Origin: a virus
IMG/VR virus record: IMGVR_UViG_3300045988_126112
Coordinates: 32,001 to 96,000 of that record
Length of the DNA: 64,000 nucleotides
Direction: 5' to 3' (one strand)
How positions within the stretch are numbered: position 1 is the stretch's first letter; each line of letters begins with the position of its first letter. Both the position numbers and the translations under genes were made by a program. The notes beneath the pieces are model-generated. The model ran no database searches. It saw nothing but the letters and a program-made list of their open reading frames with translations, and was not told where the DNA came from. Shown here piece by piece: positions 59,961-64,000 of this stretch.

Positions 59961-59996
59961 GTAGGGGTGGAGAAATTCACCCCTATTTTATTTTTT
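59961..59996 (+). terminator. Intrinsic terminator
   Basis: GTAGGGGTG-GAGAAATT-CACCCCTAT followed by TTTATTTTTT. Confidence 0.8.
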
Positions 59997-60000
59997 GCAA

Positions 60001-60013
60001 AACATACTATAAA
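60001..60013 (+). promoter_or_regulatory. Class-L (AACA-type) promoter-like motif
   Basis: AACATACTATAAA, 26 nt before the ATG at 60027; shares AACATACTAT with 1548. Confidence 0.3.
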
Positions 60014-60026
60014 GGAGGTATGTACA

Positions 60027-61433
60027 ATGAAAGATATTGTATTAACTGAAGCTACTAAAAATGCTTCAAAGAATAAACAAAGAAAATATAAATGTCCTTA
60101 CTGTGAAACAAGACTTCCAAAAGAAAAATTAATAACTCATATTGAAAAGAATCATGCTGATATGATTGGTGAAAATTACACAGCAGCAAGAATAGTATTC
60201 AATATGATTAATAAAAAAGAATGTGGTCATTGTGTACAATGTAAGAAAGAAACTCAATGGAACGAAGATACATGGAGATATGAAAGATTTTGTAGTGAAG
60301 AATGCTCTCAAGAATATTCTAAGATAATGAAACAAAGAATGATTAAAACTTATGGAAAAGAGCATTTACTTAACGATCCAGACCAACAAATTAAAATGCT
60401 TAAAAATAGACATATATCTGGAACTTATAAATTTAAAGATGGTGGAAGAAGAGATTATTGTGGTAGCTATGAGCATAAACTTTTAGAATTCTTTGATAAA
60501 GTAATGAATGTACAATCTAAAGATATAATAACTCCTGGTCCTACTATTGAATATAAATATAATGGAGAAAATCTATTCTGGATAACTGATCTTTACTATG
60601 CTCCTGCGAATTTAGTATTCGATGTTAAAGATGGTGGTGATAATCCAAATACTAGAGATATGCCTGAATATAGAGAAAAACAATTTGCTAAAGAACAGGC
60701 TATATCTGAAATGAATCAATATAATTATATTAGACTTACAAATAACAACTTTCAACAACTTCTTTTAATATTAGCTGAAATAAAAGCTAATATGCTTGAA
60801 GAAGATAATCCAGATTACATTATAAGAATAAATGAGTTTATGGTTGGAACTATGAAACCAGTAAATCAAAAATATTTCTTAGCTAAATCTATGATTGATA
60901 ATGTGTTTGTAGATACATATGCTTTTATAGGTAATGAATTATCTCAATGGTATAAAGTATCAGATAATAAACTTGTTAAATGCAATCCATTAAATGATGT
61001 ATGTGAATCATATCATATATTTGAATACAAAGGTAATCCTACTATATTTGAAAATATGATTAAAGATAATCTAAATAAAGAAGTTGAATATAATAAAGAA
61101 TTCTTCTATGAAACTTTAACTGGAAAAGAATTATATTCTAATGAGCAAATCATTTATGATAAAAGAAATTTCAAAATAGTTCCTTCTGTAATGAAAGAAT
61201 ATATGAATAGAATAGCTGTTATTGATTCAACTGTAAAGCATTTCAACGAATTATCTGTATTAGTACAAGATTATGATAAGCAAGAAATGATTAAAAATAA
61301 ATATCCTAACCTAGAATTAAGATGTAATTGGAATGGATATTTTGCTAAGAATACTTTAAATGAATGCGTAAGCCCATATGTAAAAGATATATCTGAATTA
61401 GATGATAGCGTATTAGAAATGCTTAATGGTTAG
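60027..61433 (+). CDS. Zinc-finger protein (468 aa) with a possible PD-(D/E)xK nuclease-like core
   Basis: AAAGGAGGT lies 7 nt before the ATG at 60027. Contains CPYCETRLPKEKLITHIEKNH (C2H2-like) and CGHCVQC...FCSEEC. ITDLYYAPANLVFDVKDGG is compatible with a D...(D/E)xK motif, but the nuclease call is weak. Confidence 0.4.
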   Translation: MKDIVLTEATKNASKNKQRKYKCPYCETRLPKEKLITHIEKNHADMIGENYTAARIVFNMINKKECGHCVQCKKETQWNEDTWRYERFCSEECSQEYSKIMKQRMIKTYGKEHLLNDPDQQIKMLKNRHISGTYKFKDGGRRDYCGSYEHKLLEFFDKVMNVQSKDIITPGPTIEYKYNGENLFWITDLYYAPANLVFDVKDGGDNPNTRDMPEYREKQFAKEQAISEMNQYNYIRLTNNNFQQLLLILAEIKANMLEEDNPDYIIRINEFMVGTMKPVNQKYFLAKSMIDNVFVDTYAFIGNELSQWYKVSDNKLVKCNPLNDVCESYHIFEYKGNPTIFENMIKDNLNKEVEYNKEFFYETLTGKELYSNEQIIYDKRNFKIVPSVMKEYMNRIAVIDSTVKHFNELSVLVQDYDKQEMIKNKYPNLELRCNWNGYFAKNTLNECVSPYVKDISELDDSVLEMLNG

Positions 61434-61448
61434 ACTTTATTATTTCAA

Positions 61449-61466
61449 TTATATATTATAATAATG
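61449..61466 (+). promoter_or_regulatory. Class-A phage promoter-like motif
   Basis: TTATATATTATAATAATG, upstream of 61484. Confidence 0.55.
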
Positions 61467-61483
61467 ATAGGGAGGTGATGATA

Positions 61484-61588
61484 ATGAAACTAACTATAAA
61501 AGAGCTAAATATCTTAGCTCAAATTAATCCTGATATGAAAATAAAGGATTTAATTAAAGCAGTAGAAAAAGAAAATAAAAATAAATAA
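61484..61588 (+). CDS. Hypothetical small protein (34 aa), below the track cutoff
   Basis: TAGGGAGGTG lies 5 nt before the ATG. Translation MKLTIKELNILAQINPDMKIKDLIKAVEKENKNK; class-A motif at 61449..61466. Confidence 0.55.
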   Translation: MKLTIKELNILAQINPDMKIKDLIKAVEKENKNK

Positions 61589-61607
61589 AAAGGGAGAGTG
61601 TAGAATT

Positions 61608-62213
61608 ATGGCTATAAAAATTAACAAAGATAGTATAGAATTAACAGGAAAGGAATTTGACATAGTGAGAGGATTTATTGAAATGAATCAAAATGGGGAA
61701 TTAAGTTTAAATTTAGGCAATAAAGATATTACAAATGATGAATATACTATGCCTTCACTAGATGTTGAAGTTATGATGAATACCAGATCTATTTTAAATA
61801 GAGTGGATGGAAACAACCACTATTTAAATTTTGGTGATAAAAACTGTACAGATAAAGAAAAGAAAAAATTATTAGAAAAATTTCTAAATAAAATAGATAG
61901 ACCTGATTTATTAGATACTTTATGTGATGCTTCTGATGATGATATTATAATGGATATATTAGCAGGAACATTAAATATTAGAACTGATGCAGTAAAAGTC
62001 CTATCTATTTTAGATAATATAAATAATTTTATAGGGTTTAAAAACTTTATGTTATTTATATTAGACTTTATAAATTATGAAGATAAATGTAATCATATGG
62101 GACTTGGTAATCCTATGGTTTCACATATTGATAAATACGGAAAATGTGAGATGTGTGGAAAAATTATACCACACGATTCACTAATGATTGCAAAAATGCT
62201 TGAATTAATTTAA
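61608..62213 (+). CDS. Hypothetical protein (201 aa) with a C-terminal CxxC...H
   Basis: AAGGGAGAG SD. C-terminal motif is CEMCGKIIPH. Confidence 0.8.
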   Translation: MAIKINKDSIELTGKEFDIVRGFIEMNQNGELSLNLGNKDITNDEYTMPSLDVEVMMNTRSILNRVDGNNHYLNFGDKNCTDKEKKKLLEKFLNKIDRPDLLDTLCDASDDDIIMDILAGTLNIRTDAVKVLSILDNINNFIGFKNFMLFILDFINYEDKCNHMGLGNPMVSHIDKYGKCEMCGKIIPHDSLMIAKMLELI

Positions 62214-62224
62214 CTAAAAAAGGG

Positions 62225-62542
62225 ATGATTGAGTTGAAACTTATTTACACAAAAAGGCAATTCAAAGTGTTCTATAGTGAAGAACACAAAAATTATCTAG
62301 TATTGAATGTAAAAAAATCTTTTAATGAAGGTCACACACATATTCAACACTATAACCAAACTTTGTATTTAATAGATTGTGTAATTAAGAATAAAATACC
62401 AAAGAAATGCAATAAATATTTTCTAGTTAGTTTAACTAGATTGGCTAAAGATAAAAAATATATAGAAAGAATTGAAAGAGTTCTTAATGGGGAAGAACCT
62501 AAGCAAAGCTATAGGAACGTCCCTAAGAACTTTAGAAAATAA
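62225..62542 (+). CDS. Hypothetical basic protein (105 aa)
   Basis: AAAAAGGG precedes the ATG at 62225 (in-frame TTG at 62234 is an alternative); terminator downstream. Confidence 0.7.
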   Translation: MIELKLIYTKRQFKVFYSEEHKNYLVLNVKKSFNEGHTHIQHYNQTLYLIDCVIKNKIPKKCNKYFLVSLTRLAKDKKYIERIERVLNGEEPKQSYRNVPKNFRK

Positions 62543-62547
62543 CAAAT

Positions 62548-62580
62548 AAAAGAGGTATTAAGTTACCTCTTTTATTTTTT
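62548..62580 (+). terminator. Intrinsic terminator
   Basis: AAAGAGGTA-TTAAG-TTACCTCTTT followed by TATTTTTT. Confidence 0.8.
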
Positions 62581-62598
62581 GCCAAAACTATTAAATAA

Positions 62599-62616
62599 GT
62601 ATATATTATATTAATA
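62599..62616 (+). promoter_or_regulatory. Class-A phage promoter-like motif
   Basis: GTATATATTATATTAATA, upstream of the GNAT/P-loop ORF. Confidence 0.45.
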
Positions 62617-62636
62617 TAATAAAGGAGGAATATATT

Positions 62637-64000
62637 ATGAACTTTGAAGGATTAGGAACAATTTATGAATCATTAGGACAATATGATCAAATACCAATGA
62701 CTGAAGAGAATATTAAGAAATACAAATCTAAAGCTAAAGGATTATCTCATATAAGAACTGGCAAAGATTATACAGGTACTATAATTTTAGATAATAAAGA
62801 CGTAGTAGGCTTTTATAATCTTAGAAAATCTGATAGATATATCCAAGCTTTAGAGGTTAGTGAGAATTATCAATCTAAAGGTATTGGAAGTCAATTACTT
62901 CAAGAATGTATTAATAAAGGAGCAACTAAATTATCTGTAAACAAGAAAAATGAAAAAGCTATTAATCTTTATAAGAAAAGAAACTTTAAAGTTGTTAAAG
63001 AAGATAATACCATGTATTATATGGAATTAAATAAAAAGGTACATGGGCTAAAAGAAAGTTATAGTAATATACCAGAACTTAATGAAGATTATAAGAAATA
63101 TATTACTCAAAATTTTGAAGATACTTTAAAAGCTGAAGAAGAAAGTATTGAAAAATTTGGTCTTTCTATTAGAGAAAGATATGAAAATATATTCGATGAT
63201 ATTTGCTCAAGACAATATCTAAATGAAAATGTAAATGAATCTACAGCTTTACAAAATGAAGATTTTGTAAGATCCGTTGGATATCAAATTCCTACAGACA
63301 ATATAACTTGCTTACCTTATTTTACACCACAAGAACTTGAAGATATTGTATTTAAAGAAGGAGTTGAACAACCTGAATGGTTTAAAGAATATAAACTTCT
63401 TCAAAATGGTATAGTTAGTGAAAGATTTATAGAATTGAATAAGCAAAGACTTAATGATTTATATGAAAATATAAATGAAGATTCTAATACTATATTAAAA
63501 CTTGGGTGGACTCCTGATATTCCATTAACTAGTGATAATTTAGAAAAGGTATCTGCAACTACAGCGTTTAGAATTAGATGCAATCTATGTACTAATGAAT
63601 TTTATGATGCTACTTCTATACACGATGATGAGTATATTAAAGAATCTATAGAAACAGGTAAATATATTTATGTAGATATCGACAAATTTATTACAGGAAA
63701 AAATAATGTTTGTTTAATTACTGGATTATCTGGAAGTGGTAAAACTACTCTAGCTAAAGAAATGGCATCTAAATATAATGCTACTATTGTTTCTTTAGAT
63801 AGTTTTACTGGAAAATATGGAGAAATTAATCATGATCCTGTATTAGATTCTTATATGAAAAAGAATAAAAAACTTGCTAAAGATTTAGAAGAAGGAAATT
63901 TAGATAATAATGCTATAGCTTATGAAATGGATAAATATCTACAATATGCTATTTCATATTGTAATAAAGATACTAATAATAAATATATTATAGAAGGAGT
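62637..64000 (+). CDS. GNAT acetyltransferase plus P-loop kinase-like fusion protein, 3'-truncated by the window edge (absent from the ORF track)
   Basis: AAAGGAGGA lies 7 nt before the ATG at 62637, and the frame is open to nt 64000 (454 or more aa by my translation). The N-domain has GNAT motif A (IQALEVSENYQSKGIGSQLLQECI...AINLYKKRNFKVV). The C-part has Walker A CLITGLSGSGKTTLAKEMA. Confidence 0.7.
   Translation, partial: MNFEGLGTIYESLGQYDQIPMTEENIKKYKSKAKGLSHIRTGKDYTGTIILDNKDVVGFYNLRKSDRYIQALEVSENYQSKGIGSQLLQECINKGATKLSVNKKNEKAINLYKKRNFKVVKEDNTMYYMELNKKVHGLKESYSNIPELNEDYKKYITQNFEDTLKAEEESIEKFGLSIRERYENIFDDICSRQYLNENVNESTALQNEDFVRSVGYQIPTDNITCLPYFTPQELEDIVFKEGVEQPEWFKEYKLLQNGIVSERFIELNKQRLNDLYENINEDSNTILKLGWTPDIPLTSDNLEKVSATTAFRIRCNLCTNEFYDATSIHDDEYIKESIETGKYIYVDIDKFITGKNNVCLITGLSGSGKTTLAKEMASKYNATIVSLDSFTGKYGEINHDPVLDSYMKKNKKLAKDLEEGNLDNNAIAYEMDKYLQYAISYCNKDTNNKYIIEG

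Noticed and set aside
435-63583. Many 60-140-aa ORFs in the track lie antisense to, or out of frame with, longer SD-supported genes. On the minus strand: 435-617, 4776-4958, 5112-5354, 8468-8668, 12454-12651, 15153-15479, 16846-17049, 17570-17800, 19789-20028, 27600-27968, 28100-28321, 28384-28650, 32954-33244, 37870-38100, 41739-41927, 43271-43459, 43694-43903, 45150-45575, 49739-49966, 49897-50082, 50075-50392, 56114-56347, 57448-57744, 57822-58172, 60129-60365 and 63401-63583. On the plus strand: 42095-42289, 53621-53845 and 54023-54256.
   Set aside because: None has an SD. Their translations are F/L/I/S/Y-rich, as expected from the reverse complement or shifted frame of AT-rich coding sequence. 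Each is fully or almost fully embedded in a well-supported gene on the other strand or in another frame. In an AT-rich genome such shadow ORFs are expected by chance.
1-64000. Checked for CRISPR arrays, tRNA or tmRNA genes, rRNA, integrase, transposase or IS ends, att-like repeats, reverse transcriptase (retron/DGR), and host-phage junctions.
   Set aside because: I saw no regularly spaced direct repeats with unique spacers. There were no T-loop (GTTCRANYC) or cloverleaf candidates, including in the 50.4-50.7 kb island. No recombinase or RT motifs appeared in any translation. Composition and gene style are uniform across the window. tRNAscan-SE, Infernal and a repeat finder should still be run.

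Overview
This is an AT-rich window (roughly 25-30% GC by eye) packed with about 80 ORFs. Most are on the + strand, with AGGAGG-type Shine-Dalgarno (SD) sites 7-10 nt upstream and stem-loop plus T-run terminators. It reads as part of a jumbo phage of a low-GC Gram-positive-type host, similar in gene content to AR9/PBS1 and phiKZ-like phages. No rRNA, tRNA, CRISPR array, integrase or transposase was seen.

Calls made from motifs read directly in the translations:
- Four fragments of multisubunit RNA polymerase: beta N-half, beta C-half, a second stand-alone beta C-terminal paralog, and the beta-prime N-half with a DYDGD catalytic loop.
- A tubulin/FtsZ-family GTPase (PhuZ/TubZ-like).
- Replication and repair genes: a family-B DNA polymerase fragment that stops after motif A, NAD-dependent DNA ligase, RecA/UvsX-like recombinase, Rad50/SbcC-like ATPase, SF2 helicase, zinc-ribbon/TOPRIM primase and N6-adenine methyltransferase.
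- A GroEL-like chaperonin.
- Morphogenesis genes: T4 gp21-like prohead protease, gp25-like baseplate protein, an acidic-repeat scaffold-like protein followed by a capsid candidate, and an SLT transglycosylase.
- A TSCPD 4-Cys protein.

Observations not explained by ordinary annotation:
1. A roughly 350-bp ORF-poor, GC-enriched, hairpin-dense island (50381-50729) lies between convergent genes. It has a phage-promoter-like motif, a 12-codon micro-ORF, three SD/anti-SD motifs and two 26-nt palindromes.
2. A strongly conserved intergenic motif T[TC]ATATATTATA-N3-RTG occurs about 19 times, always in the sense of the downstream gene. A second AACA-type motif lies in front of structural genes.
3. Two families of duplicated 100-135 bp promoter/5'-UTR cassettes are present. 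One contains a hairpin with compensatory changes, and a 14-mer (TTTTCTATGTTACT) occurs five times.
4. Eight hairpins with unrelated stems share the same A-GAAA-U cap.
5. A GNAT plus P-loop kinase-like fusion ORF runs off the 3' edge and is missing from the ORF track. Six more SD-supported ORFs fall below 60 aa.

All functional calls are by-eye motif reading without database searches.
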